In this document: piece after piece, positions 23,435 through 35,606 of the stretch
How positions within the stretch are numbered: position 1 is the first letter of the stretch
How the letters are laid out: each line of letters begins with the position of its first letter
Assembly: GCA_031835245.2 (NCBI GenBank)
Contig: JAVKOQ020000048.1
Span: 1 to 64,000, forward strand
DNA length: 64,000 bases
DNA from: Balamuthia mandrillaris
Taxonomy: Eukaryota
Direction of reading: 5' to 3'
The notes under the pieces: generated by a model
Database searches by the model: none
Told to the model about the DNA's origin: nothing
The model's input: only the letters and a program-made list of their open reading frames with translations
Made by a program: the position numbers and the translations under genes

Positions 23435-26400
23435 TCACTGAGGAAGAATGGGCACGAGAACGCCAACGGTGCACAGGTGACAGCGTTGATCGGGTGAGAG
23501 GGCGCTGTAGGTGGCTGAGCAGTGGGGACATCCTTTCACTCCTTCCCCACCGGAAACCGCTATCGGGCCAAACGTCTTTGATTTGAAAAGAGAGAAAAGT
23601 AAGGAGAAGATGAAGCAAGAGGAGACAAAGCGCAAAAAAGAGAAAAGGAGGTACCTTGCAGTCGTAATAAAATTCGGTGATGTGAGGTGTTAGGTTTTGT
23701 TCTCCTTTCTCTTTACAAAGCATTAACTTTTGCATGAGGTCCTGTGCATCTGGTGGATTCTTGGAGAGGATAAACTATGGAAAGAGTTTCAGTAAAGATA
23801 GGAAAGAATTGAGATACACAACATATAAAACGAAGGAAGAAAAAAAAGGTTTCAAACCTGCAAGACTTCACTGGCAACACCAAAGTTGAACGCTTCCATG
23901 TTCTTCTTGACGGACATACGACAACAAATCATACTGTGCTTGGCTTGCAGCTTCAACTTGCTGAGCTGTCGACTAAGCGCTCCCACGCGCCATTTGGTCG
24001 CCAATGCTTCCTCTTTACGCAAAAGAGAAGAAGTAGAAGAACACGAAGAAGCAAGCAAGGAGTACATGAAGAAGAGAGTGAGAGAACAAGAGCGAGAATA
24101 ACAAAACGAATAAAAAAAACGAGAGTAAGCAACAAAATAACGAAATAAAGAAAATCGAGGGAAACACGTACCAACGCTTTGATGAATCATCAACTGTTCC
24201 AATCGTTGCACTTCCATCAAAATCAACAATGCCAATTTGTACTGAGCGCAAATGGTCAATTGCAGTTTCGTATGCGAAGGATCTGGCACTCCCGCTTGAA
24301 CAGAAAAATGAGAAACATGAAGAAAGAACAATAAAGGAATAATGAAAATAAGAAAAGAAGATCGCATTCCTTACCCAAAATCTGAATAGCTTTCTGTACA
24401 TCGGTGAGAGCGTCCCGGAATTGACCGCTCTCCAATTTGGCAGCCATCACTTCCATCAAGCCAGACGCCTTTCTGGCCGCGTTTTGCGCCTCACTTATAG
24501 CCGCCGCTTGATCTACCACTGAAGAAGGAGCGATAGCCTCGATAGACGAAGACGACGACGAAGAAGAGTAAGGAGGCGGAGAAGAAGGAGAAGAAGAGGC
24601 TGGAGGAGAAATCGACTGGGGAGGAGAAGAAGGAATAGAAAGAGAACTATGGGGTGGAGAGTGAGGAGCTGGAATGGTGGGCATAGAGGTAGAAAGACCG
24701 TTGCTGTTATTAGAAGATGATGAGGATGTGCTGTCATCATTGGTGATAGAGTCTGCGCTTCGAGAGACGATCTGATCTTTCCGTATCTGACTTGCGCGAC
24801 GACCAACCTTGCTGCCGGAAGGGGGAGGAGCCGAAAGACCGAAGAAGGAAGCGGCGCTGCCGTCATTGGTTTCTTGTTCCTGCTCTGGCGGAGAGGCAAC
24901 ATCTTCTTTAATTACCACCATCAATCGGCTGTTTTTGCCACTGTTATTAAATATTTTTGTTTGTTACGATCGGTTACATGAGGAGGAAAGAAAGGTTTTC
25001 ACGAGAAATAAATATGAGAGAGAGAGAGAAACATACCTTTCTTCATCAGAAGATGAGTCGTCTGACCAACCCCAATCTTGGTTATTGCTTGTATCAAAGG
25101 AATCAGCACCACTATGGCTGTGCTTGTCATCCCTTATTATTATAATAAAACAAGAGCAAACAAAACGTTAGTTCAATCCAAATGTTAACCAGTTATAATA
25201 ATACAAACAAGTTAAACACTAACCGTGGGGAAAGAACATCAGGAGATAACGCTCCAAAGCTATCGCTCTCGTCATCCGTGTTGTTTTCCTCTTTGGATCC
25301 ATTTCCGGCTGCCTCATCTCGCGGCGAAGTAATGCGAAGATTTGCCAACTCAGCCTCGTCAAACAGTTCCTCTCTCTGATCGCCAAGTGCGCTGTTCTTC
25401 TGTCGCTGCAATCGTGGCGGTCGTTCCTGCTGCTGTCCTGCCCTAAACTTCTCCCAAATGACAAACGTGACCTCGCATACCCGCCCCACCGAGCTCTCTT
25501 CCTCCACCGCAAACTCTGGCGGATGGGAGGTGCACTTCAGCTCCGGAGAGCCTACTTTGGAGTTGTGCCAGGAGAAGACAAACTGCGTAGCTGAGTTGTC
25601 GATGGTGAAGGCACAGGAGCCTTTGGTGCCAGCTAGGGCTTTGCCGTAAGAACCAAACTCGGCGAGCTCCTCCCCCAGCACAGCCGCTGGCGGTTCCTTG
25701 GCCCAGGTGCCTGTGGGCAACTTGGGAGCTCCCTTTCTTACAAGAGTCTCCTTGCTGAGGTTCTCGATGGTAATGAGCACAGAGCGGCGGTTGAGCAGCT
25801 TGGCCTTCCATGCCTCCTCCGGAGGGAGATTTGGAAAGCTTCCTCCTGTGGAACCTCCGCTTTCATCCCCTCCCAGTTCGTGGTCTTTGAGAGAACCACC
25901 CGTGATTCGTTTCTTGATGGAGCTTCGTTTCTTAGATGAGGAGTGGCTCTTTCTCTCTTTCTTGTCTGGTTTTGCTCGGAGGTCATTTAGTGTTTCTCTC
26001 CGTCTTCTCATTTCTTTCTTTGCTGACGCTACAGAGGAGTCCATAGTTCCTCCATCCATTGTGTGAGCATGAAAGCCTCCTCTTACTGCCTCTAATTCTG
26101 GCCCTGTTCGTCGCGTTGGCATCTCTGGTCCTGTCTTTCGCATTGGCAGGTCCGATGTGTGATATCTGCGGTCCCTTTCATCTGGCTTATCTCCTCCTGT
26201 TTTTCTATTAATTTGTGAATGCAAAAGTTAGGGATAATGAGCTAAACAGAAGTAACAAAGCAAACAAAATAAATAAAGCAACAAACATGTTGAAAGGAAG
26301 AAGAGAAAGAAGAAGAACAGAGGAGGACAAGGGTCCAAAATATTAAGATGGGATACCGCGGGGAAGGATTCTTGAAGAAAGGTTGGAAGGATGAGAAAGA

Positions 26401-26826
26401 GCGATACAAAACAGATGTCATGTGGATTATGTTTTGCTCTCCCTTTGCTCGTTACAGAACAAGGGCATATATTGAAAAAAGAAAAAAAAAAGAAACAAAA
26501 ACGCAAAAAAAAAAACAAAACTAATCAAAGAAAAACGATCAACGAAGAGAGATCGAAGAAAGAAAGAGAGAACCAAGTGGGAGTTTGAAACTAGCAAAAC
26601 CAAAAAATAATGAAAAAGAGGCAGAAGCAGAAAGAGAGCAAGGGCGAAGAGTGGAGGGGAAGCAAAAGAGGGGTTGACAAGAAAACCAGAAGAAATCCCT
26701 CGTCCATCAAACCGAAAAAATCAGAGAAACATCAAAAATACAAAAACAAAAAAAAACGTTCTCTCTCTGTCTTTCTTTCGACAAAAAATCACATCAAATC
26801 AACTCTACTCCCATCTCTAATCCTTC

Positions 26827-26866
<40 letters not shown>

Positions 26867-26884
26867 AAGAAGAAAACCAAATAA

Positions 26885-26915
<31 letters not shown>

Positions 26916-27220
26916 AATAAAAAAACGAAAAGGTACCTATGAGGGAGGTCCGAAGGACCCGTTTTGCGCGTGCGCAGCTTGCTGAGGCTGGACCGCTTCT
27001 CCTTCTTCTCCTTCTTGAGGCTGTCCTTTCGGTCCTTCTTCCCGCTGCCGCCGCTCATCAGGGTGCTCATCCGTCTCCCCTTTTTGCCCTCCTTCTTCTC
27101 CTTGTGGTGTGTCGGGGAGTTGGTGATGCTGGTGGGGCTCACCGCGATGCCGAATTCCTCCTCGTCCAACGCCGTCGCTCCTTGGTTGGCGCGCGGATCA
27201 AAGTTGAAAAAATCTCCCAT
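23435..27220 (-). CDS. Multi-exon protein with an aegerolysin/Cry34-like domain and a C-terminal alpha-COP C-terminus-like domain
   Basis: ATG at 27220. Aegerolysin-like segment RSVLITIEN...GTWAKEPP...AGTKGSCAF...VFSWHNSKVGS. The C-terminus (ICAQYKLAL, KLQAKH, NFGVASE, CPHCSATY...CHLC) resembles COPI_C. Confidence 0.6.
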
Positions 27221-27869
27221 TGTTTTCTTTTGTTTTGTTGTTGTGGTCTCTTCAAACAGCTACGCTAGCACACCACAACACACCCAAACTCGCTTTGAGG
27301 CCTTCCCTGCTTCCCCCCTCTTCTTCTTCTTCCTCCTCCTCCTCGTCTTTTCAATCAATAGTTTCGTTCCTTTGATGAAAAAGAAGAGCAAACAAACGAA
27401 AAACTCAAAAAAAAAATTAAAACAAATCAAATCAAATCAAACTTCCCCTTTTTTTCAAAAAAAAAAAAAGCGAGACCGGAAACTGATCAACAACAACAAA
27501 AAAAAAAAAAAGACGCTCGTTCTATGCTTGCAAACAAAGAAGCAGTCGAACGAGTTCCCTTCGCTCCCCCCTTCCCTTCCCTTACTCTTTCCAGCAGAGA
27601 CCTCTGCTTTTTTCCCCTTTTTCCTGATCTCTCTCTCTCTCTCTCTCTCTTTTTGTTTTGCTGTTTTCTGTCTAATATTTTTTTTTTGGCGAGAATCCGA
27701 TCATTCGCCGATTAAGGGTAATTTAGCTTGTTTTAGTAATGATAGGGATATTATGGCCAATGGAAATTCAAAAGGAAATATCCTTTACTTTAATAACTCT
27801 GTATCATCCAATAAAAAATCAGAGCAAGAAATTTGATCGCAGTTTTTTTTTTATTAGCTTTGTGTGGCG

Positions 27870-29106
27870 TCACGGCGCGAAGGACTTTCGGCCAAGGAGA
27901 TAGGCAGCAACTGCCGCCAATCCAGCAGCAGCTCCCATCCACACCATCGGGCTCTCCACCCATGCATTTCCTTGCCGTGTAGCTTTTGTCTGTTGCCGCT
28001 GTTGTGGAGCGCCTCCACGGCTGACCCTCCAAAGCACCTCAATCTCTTCTTTGCTCAAGTTGGTCATCCCAAAGCCATTCTCCGGATCCTTTAGCAACCT
28101 TGCCAACCGCTCCACCGTCTCGATGCGCTCCTCTCTCTTCTCCACGATGGCAGAGCCATCCTCCTTGAACACGGTCCTGGTGTAGAGATCATTCATGAGG
28201 AAGTGGCGCACTCCCTCCCTGGTGGTGAGGGTTAGCCACAGCAGGCAGGTAAACATGGATTGAGGGTGAGCATAGACGTTCATGTTGGCCACCACAGTGT
28301 CCACCCATGCAAAGTAGGAATCCAAGTGGAAGCGGTAGAGCCTCATGGGAGCTTCCATGCCTGCCTCCTGGCACCAAAGCTCCCACTCGGTGAGCAAAGG
28401 GACAACCTCCCAATCTTGGTCTACTTGCTTGCGTTGGCGGAGGACCAGAGTGGCCCCTTCTTGTTGGGCTGGAGTGTCTGGGAGGAAAGGAAGAGGAAAG
28501 CGGGGGCCACTGCCTCCAAAGCCAACGTCCACCAGGTACATCATATCCTTCTCTTTCTCATCCTCTTCCTCTTCACTGTCATTTTAAAAACAACATTGGT
28601 GAGTTCTTCTGTTGTGTGCTGTGTGTGTTGTGAGTTGTTTGGTACCTTGTCTTCGAGGTGGCAGGCACTTTGACGATCAGAAGGATGTGAGTGCGAGTGG
28701 GCAGGTAGGGCCTTCTCGGGTGCTCCCCATCATCAAAAAAGACCCTGGCTTCCTTGATGTCCACCAAAAACCCCAAGCTGCGCAGCACATGGGCCATCAG
28801 CCGGTTCTGCTCGAAGCAGTAGCCGCCTCTCCGCTGCCTCACCATTTTTTCAAAGATGTCAGCCATGAGCAAGGAGACGCCGCCTCGCAGGTAGACATCG
28901 CCGTTCTCGAAGGGGATGGAGTGGAAGTGCGCGTTGACGAGCCGGCTGAGCAGGCTCAAGGTGGGCGGCTCGGCGGCGAGGGAGCGGGGCAGGCCGATGC
29001 GCTCGAGGTACTCGGGGAGGTAGGACTCGGCGAACACCGCGGGAGGGATGCCTTGCTCTATCTCCAAGAAGTCGCCTTCACGAAAGGTGGCAGAAGAAGA
29101 ACTCAT
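27870..29106 (-). CDS. NAT: Arylamine N-acetyltransferase with a hydrophobic C-terminal tail
   Basis: IPFENG, RRGGYCFEQN (Cys), THILLIV (His), YLVDVGFGG (Asp); one intron at ~28644-28578. Confidence 0.93.
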
Positions 29107-29159
29107 CTGTTTGGTGTTTTCTGTTGTGCGTGTGTTGGATGTTAGCCTCTGTGTGCTTT

Positions 29160-29166
29160 TTTTATA
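29160..29166 (-). promoter_or_regulatory. Putative TATA box of NAT
   Basis: TATAAAA on the minus strand ~55 nt upstream of the ATG. Confidence 0.45.
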
Positions 29167-29410
29167 GGTTTCGGAGAGTTACCATTGCGTAGTTAATATT
29201 GCGAATGGTGACTAGTTAAAGGGCAATTACTGTCCGGTTCTCCAGCTGATGTTTCGCGAGTCTAACAGGACTCAGCTCTTTCCAACATTGATTCCACTAG
29301 AATATCTCCGTAAATGATAATTTTCCACCAATCGGTGTTTTCCAAACAGGGAAAAAAAAACAAATTTTTTGCGGACTTGGTGACGTGTGCCAAAATATTT
29401 TTTGCCGACA

Positions 29411-32400
29411 ATGAAGGAAGAAGAGAAACACAGGCCGCCTCCGATCGGCGGTGAGGAGCACCATCGTCCGCGCTTTCGGTTGATCCCTTGCTCGCAGGAA
29501 GATATCGGCAGCGGGAGATGTCGTCTTCCTCTGGAGATCTTCAAATCTTTGCGGCTGTCCCTCTCCGACCCTGTTTTGCTTCACAACGACGAACAGGTTA
29601 GCGTTTTTCTTTCTTTCTTTCTGTATTTTTTTCGAGTTCTCATCTTTTGTGTGTTTGTAGGAAATAGTATGCAGGGCTTACCCTTTGCATCAACACTGTT
29701 TCCCTGATTGTATCCAAGCCGATCCTTTGCTCTCTCGTAACCTTCTCCCTCCTCCTTCTCCTCATTCTTCTTCTTCTTCTTCTTCCGCTTTCTCCTCCAC
29801 CAAAGCATTTCAAGTGACACCTCTCCACTGTGTTCCGGCCACAAGCATCAGCATTCTTCCTTCTTCCTCTTGCGCTTCTACATTCTCTCCTCAAGAAGCA
29901 AGACGTCTGCTTCAACGACACATTCTAAAATCCGGGTTTGACTTTATCGAAAGTTCTGATGCTTCTTCTTCTTCGTTTACACCCGTTCGAATGTCCTTTC
30001 GAGTGGTCTCCACTCAACCTTCCAACCACATTGCCGTTCGCGTTCTTCCCAACACTCAGCTGATTCTCCTTCCACGAGAAGAAGCGGACAAAGAAAGAGA
30101 CGCTCTTCTCCAGCTTCCTCGACAACAGCAACAAGAAGCACAGCTTCACCTGCAAAGCCCTAAAGCAGAGAGAGAAGAGGATGGAGAGGCGAAAGCAAAG
30201 AGAGAAGATGAAAAAGAAAAAGCAAAGAAAGCAGAAAAAGACTCGTTGGATGGGTTGATAGGAGGAATGACGCACGCGGTCTCCTCTCTGCAGGAGCTGC
30301 TTCGCTTCTCTCTGTTGCACCCGGAGGCTCTGCACGAGCGACTGGGCATTCAATCGCCCAAAGGCATTCTCTTGAAAGGCCCTAGCGGCGTTGGAAAGAC
30401 TTTGTTGGTGAGGACGATGGCCGCACGCTTCGGGATAGAAGTGGTTGTTATAGATGCGAGCGGCAATGGCGAGGGAGGTGCGTTTATGGGTGAGAGCGAG
30501 AAGAGGTTGCGAGATGCATTTAGGAAGGCGGAGAGCAAGTCACCTTGTGTGGTTTTCATTGATGAAATTGTGCGTATGCTTTTTCTTTCGTTTGATCCTC
30601 ATTCTCGCTGTTTCATTCGTTTATTGTTCTCTTCTTTATTCCTTCTTGCTTATCCTCCATTATCGTCTTCTCTTTTAAATGCTCACTGGTCTTTTTTCTA
30701 TGTTGTTTCAACAAAAACCAAACAGGATGCGCTGTGCCCCAAACGAGATCAAACTCAATCTCAGGAATCAAGAACTGTGGCGCAGTTGTTGACTCTGATG
30801 GATGGTCTCAAATCTAGAGGTCGCGTGTTGGTTATCGCTGCCACCAATCGACCCAACGCCATTGACCCTGCTCTTCGTCGTCCTGGCAGGTTCATTTTGC
30901 TCTTCTCTATTGCTTTTTCACGTTTCCACGTGTATATTTATTGCAAAACATTTTTGTTGGTCTTTGTCTACTTCAGATTTGACAGAGAAGTAGAGATAGG
31001 GCCACCGAAACCAGCTGAACGTGTTCAAATTTTGCGTGTGCACAGCAAAGCATTACCTCTTCATCCTTCGGTCAAACTTGGTTCGTCTTCTCTTTCTTCC
31101 TTCCTTTCTTCTCACCTCTATTCACGTTATTTGGTTTGTGTTAATTTGTATTATTTCAACAGAGGATATCGCAGAGAGGTGTATTGGTTACGTCGGGGCG
31201 GACTTGGCTGCTCTTTGCAGAGAAGCCGCCATGATAGCTCTCAAGCGGCATCTATCAATCAATATTTCGTCTATCGTTAATAGGTAATTCCTCTTTGTTT
31301 TTCCCATAGCTTTCCCTTTCTCCTCCCTAAAGCCATGAAAATATTCCTCATTCTTGTATCGTTTGTAAAACAAGTGGGACATCACTACAAACAGCATGCG
31401 TTACGATGGGTGATTTTGTGGAAGCGATGAAGCTCATTCCAGTTTCGTCTCAGCGCGGAGCAACTGGAGAGCTAGAAAAAGTATCATGGGACGATATAGG
31501 TGGCTTAGAAAGCGTAAAACAGGTCTCTTGTCACTCATTGCACCTTTCTTTTCTTTATGTCATAACTCTGTTTCTTACGACTGGTTCTCCTTTTTATAGC
31601 AATTAAAAGAATCTGTAGAATGGCCTCTTCTCCACCGCGAAACTTTCAAACGGTTGGGAATTGAAGCGCCGCGAGGCATCCTTCTGCACGGACCACCAGG
31701 ATGCTGTAAGACTACTTTGGTTAAGGCCATTGCTTGTAGCGGTCACTTTAGCTTTTTCTCTCTCAACGGAGCCACTTTGTATTCCCCGTTTATGGGCGAT
31801 TCCGAAGCTGCTGTTCGAGAAATATTTAAACGCGTATGTATTTTAATGTCTTCATTCTTTCCTTTCTTCCATTTTGGTCTTCTGCCCTTCTTTCCCTTTT
31901 GTTTATCCTTCATATTCTTCAATTCTGTTTCTCTCTCCAGGCAAGACACAACACACCGTCGATCATCTTCTTCGACGAGATAGATGCAGTGGTTGGCAAA
32001 CGTGGAATGGAGGCAGGGGCCAGCACCGACTCTGGCGTGCAGGAAAGAGTCCTCTCCACCTTGTTGAACGAGATGGACGGAGTGGAGAACGCGACAGGCG
32101 TGTTGGTGGTCGCCGCCACCAATCGTCCTGACATGCTCGATGCTGCTCTGTTACGTTCCGGCAGAATCGATCAAGTCATTGAGGTCCCTCTTCCCGATGA
32201 ATGTTCGAGAGAAGCAATATTGAAGGTGCATTCGCGTCGGCTACCGCTTGCTGACGATGTCGACCTTCTTCAGCTTGCCCAAGAGGTAACATCTTTCTTT
32301 CCTCATTCTCATGATCTTTATTTCCTTAACGTTTTGGTGTTATGGTGTTTTTGTTGTTTAGAGTGAAGGATTTAGCGGTGCTGATCTCGAAAACGTTTGT

Positions 32401-32843
32401 CGAGAGGCCGCTTTGCTTGCTCTTCGCCGAGATCTTCATGCTTCTACCGTGGTATCTTGTTTTGATCTCTTTTGTTTCCTTTTCGCTTTCCCTCCTCCTT
32501 TCTCCTTTCTCCTTTCTCCTTTCTCCTTTCTCCTTTCTCCTTTCTCCTTTCTCCTTTCTCCTTTCTCCTTTCTCCTTTCTCCTTTCTCCTTTCTCCTTTC
32601 TCTACTCTCCTTTCTCTGCTCCCTTTCTCCTTTCTTCGTGTCTCTTCTTTCTCCTTCCTCCTCTTTCCTTTCCTTCTGTTTCATTCCCAAAGCATATTCA
32701 TAACAAATGAGCAAAAACAAACACAGACAATGGCAGACTTACAAACAGCCAAGTCAATAGTGACGAGAGGTTTATCTTTGGAAGAATGGCGGCGCACTCA
32801 ACCACGAAAACGATCGCTCTCCTATAACATAAATAAAGGTTAG
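29411..32843 (+). CDS. Type II AAA+ ATPase, AFG2/SPATA5 family (SPATA5L1-like)
   Basis: Two AAA modules: GPSGVGKT / VFIDEI / ALRRPGRFD, and WDDIGGLE / GPPGCCKT / IFFDEID / ERVLSTLLNEMDG; many introns. Confidence 0.88.
32495..32602 (+). repeat. (CTCCTTT)n heptamer tandem repeat in an intron
   Basis: About 15 direct copies. Confidence 0.9.
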
Positions 32844-32899
32844 AGAGAGGAAAAAAAAATACACAATTCGTTGGTTTTTTTCTTATTTTTTTTAACGAA

Positions 32900-33101
32900 T
32901 TATCGGCCATCGCTGGCGAGTGTTGCCGTCTTTTGCGAAGCAAGAAGCGGGTCAGTGGGAACAGCGGAAGAAGATGAAGATTTGCTCGTTAGCGCAGGCG
33001 AAGCGGTATCATTACTTGATGTGGATGTAACAGATGACAAAGAAGAAGAAGAAGAAGATGAAGAGGAGGAAGAGGACGAGGAAGAAGAAGAAGAAGAAGA
33101 A

Positions 33102-33132
<31 letters not shown>

Positions 33133-33573
33133 CAGAAGCAGAAGGTGAGGATGAGGAAGCAGCGTTCAAAGTTGGGGCGGAAGAAGAAGCTGAAGAAGAG
33201 GAGGATGAAAGGATAAGGGATTCTGAAGAAGAAGCTGATGACGAAGACGAAGCAGCAGAGGTGGTTGGTTCTAGGGGATGGTCTAATCCCGCCCGACGCA
33301 ATATCTCCGTGTCATCGTGAATCTCAAAGGGTAGGCTAAAGTTGAAGAAATACTCAGACTGATCCTCTGCCATTTCGCACTCAATCTCCGTCGTGTTTCG
33401 CGTGTTGACGATGATGAAGGGAAGAGCGATGCGCGCAGAGGCGGCAAGTGAGGGATCAACCCCTCCTGACTCGGCGTTTTCTTCCTCCTGTTTCGCGTTT
33501 CGTGCTAATAAGTTCTTAAATGTGTTGTACTATGGTTCATGCGATGAAATGTTAGTTTTATTGCGCGAAGAAC

Positions 33574-33613
<40 letters not shown>

Positions 33614-35317
33614 AGAGGAGGAAAGCGATGATTTTGTTTACTTGTGTTAGTAATTCGTTTAGATGTTCAGTCTTTCGAGATATGCGGTCAACGCATTCCT
33701 GCCTTTCCGTCTATAAAAACAAAAAATAAGTATAACAAGATTAAAAAAGCAGAGAAGAAGCACGAACCACAACAGAACGTGCATCTTGAACGCTGGTAGT
33801 CTTTGGTAATCCGAGCCAACTGTACGTTTTCTTCCTTTCGGCCACAATGTCAAGTGCGCTGAATACATTCAACACCGTGTATAACCGCCGCCTGATGTTT
33901 TTCTATAGTTCCAAAAAAAAAAAAAAGGAGAGATGAGAAAAGATGGAAAAGAAACAAGCAAGTAGAATGTACCTCTTCAGTTTCGACGGATTGTCCTTGG
34001 TTTTTGGCCTCCTTGATGAGCTCGTCTGCGAGCAAACCATACGTAGTCTCGCCCTTCTCTTCCATTTTTTTACAAACAGCCAATGCAAACTCGCCTAACT
34101 TTGCCTTTCGTCTCCGTTTTCGTGGGACGTAGTTTTGAGCTTTGTTGCCTTCATTAGCTTCGCCGTTATTGTTGGCATTCACCTCTCCTCCTCCTGACTT
34201 TTTTCTCTTTCTTGTCGTTGTGGCTTTTGTGGATGGAACTGTAGTAGCAACAGAATTTGTTTTAGGTGGCGACTGATGTTGTTGTAGTTGCTGCGGTTGT
34301 GGAATTTGTTGTAGTGGTGGCACTTCTGCTTCTTCATCCGTGTCGATGTTATTGTTGTCCACTTGTCGCAGCTGTTGATACTGTGTCTCTGGTGCAAACT
34401 CTTCCATCACACCTTAATTCCATATTCAAAATGTTCCAGTTATTACACAGAGAGGAGAGGGCAAGAGGAGAGAACGAGAAGACAGAGGAGAGAGGCTGAA
34501 GAGAATAGAGCACGAGAAGAGGACAAATAGATGAGAAATAAACCAAGAGGCATGCCAGCAGCGGTTTGGTCAGGCAAGACTACAGGGCTCTCCCCGTCGT
34601 CATCGTGTACGCTCTGAATGAGACCAGAATGCCGCGCAATGTCCTCAATGCCGTGCTCTTTACAAAAATGGAGGAGCTCGTCCTCTAAACTGAGAGGAAG
34701 AGGGACCGTCGCTTGGTGTTGATGCTGCTGAAGCAAAGCTTGCAGCGTTGTCATCGTTGGAATGGCAGAGCCGCTCTGTTGCTGCTGCTGCTGTTGTTGT
34801 TGAAAAATTGAATCGAAAGTGGCAGAAGAGAAAGAAGAAGAGGCGGCGGCGGAAGTATTCGTAGTTGCAACAGAAGCAGAGGCAGCAGAAGAGGAAGAGG
34901 TGGAGTGAAGCAGCGTGTAGTAGGCTGAAGAAGTGTCGACAGCTTCATGCTCATCATAAACGTCCACTGATGGAAAAAAAAAGGAAAGGAAAGAAAACAA
35001 AACATTGATTTGTTTGTTTGTGTCAGTCCAACGGAAACATACAAAATAAATCAGAATAAAAAGGAACAAGAAACAAATCGTCGGACTGACAGAAACAACA
35101 AGAGGGACGCTCACAAACATCCGTTTTTTTTTAAAAAAAAGAAAGCCAATCACAAGGAAAATAAAATAAAGATAAATAAATATAAAATCCCCAAACCGTT
35201 GTCCTCCAAAGGGTGTCGCCTGTGGGCGAGAGGATCGTCCTCTCCGCCGACATACTCCGCAGACCCATGTTGTTGCGGATGCTGAAGCACAGAAGCACCA
35301 CTACTGCTGTTCATCAT
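32900..35317 (-). CDS. DP: DP (E2F dimerization partner) transcription factor
   Basis: Winged helix LGEFALAVCKKMEEKGETTYGLLADEL...KNIRRRLYTVLNVFSALDIV...WLGLP; DP domain IALPFIIVNT...EYFFNFSLPFEIHDDTEIL; Ser-rich tail. Confidence 0.92.
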
Positions 35318-35417
35318 CTCCAAGAAGAATGAGCCTTGCCTTGGCCACCGCTACTCTTTTTTTTTTTTATTCTTTCTTTTTGCCGACCAATTTTTTTTTT
35401 AAGTTTTGTTTAATTGC

Positions 35418-35467
35418 TTTCCCGCCAAAACTTCTTTCGCTTCCTTTCTCGCCGGTTTTGGCGGGAA
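35418..35467. promoter_or_regulatory. Inverted pair of E2F/DP consensus sites
   Basis: TTCCCGCCAAAAC (35419-35431) and GTTTTGGCGGGAA (35455-35467) form a perfect 13-bp inverted repeat, 100-150 nt upstream of the DP ATG. Confidence 0.7.
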
Positions 35468-35606
35468 GGCCGATGTTACGAGGGTTCGTTCGGTCTCCCT
35501 TTTGGGACGACATGAAACGAATTACGACGACGACGTGAAAATATTCATGCCGACATGAAATATCATGACGACACGTGAATGGATATGCACAGAGAAGCTT
35601 TTCGCT

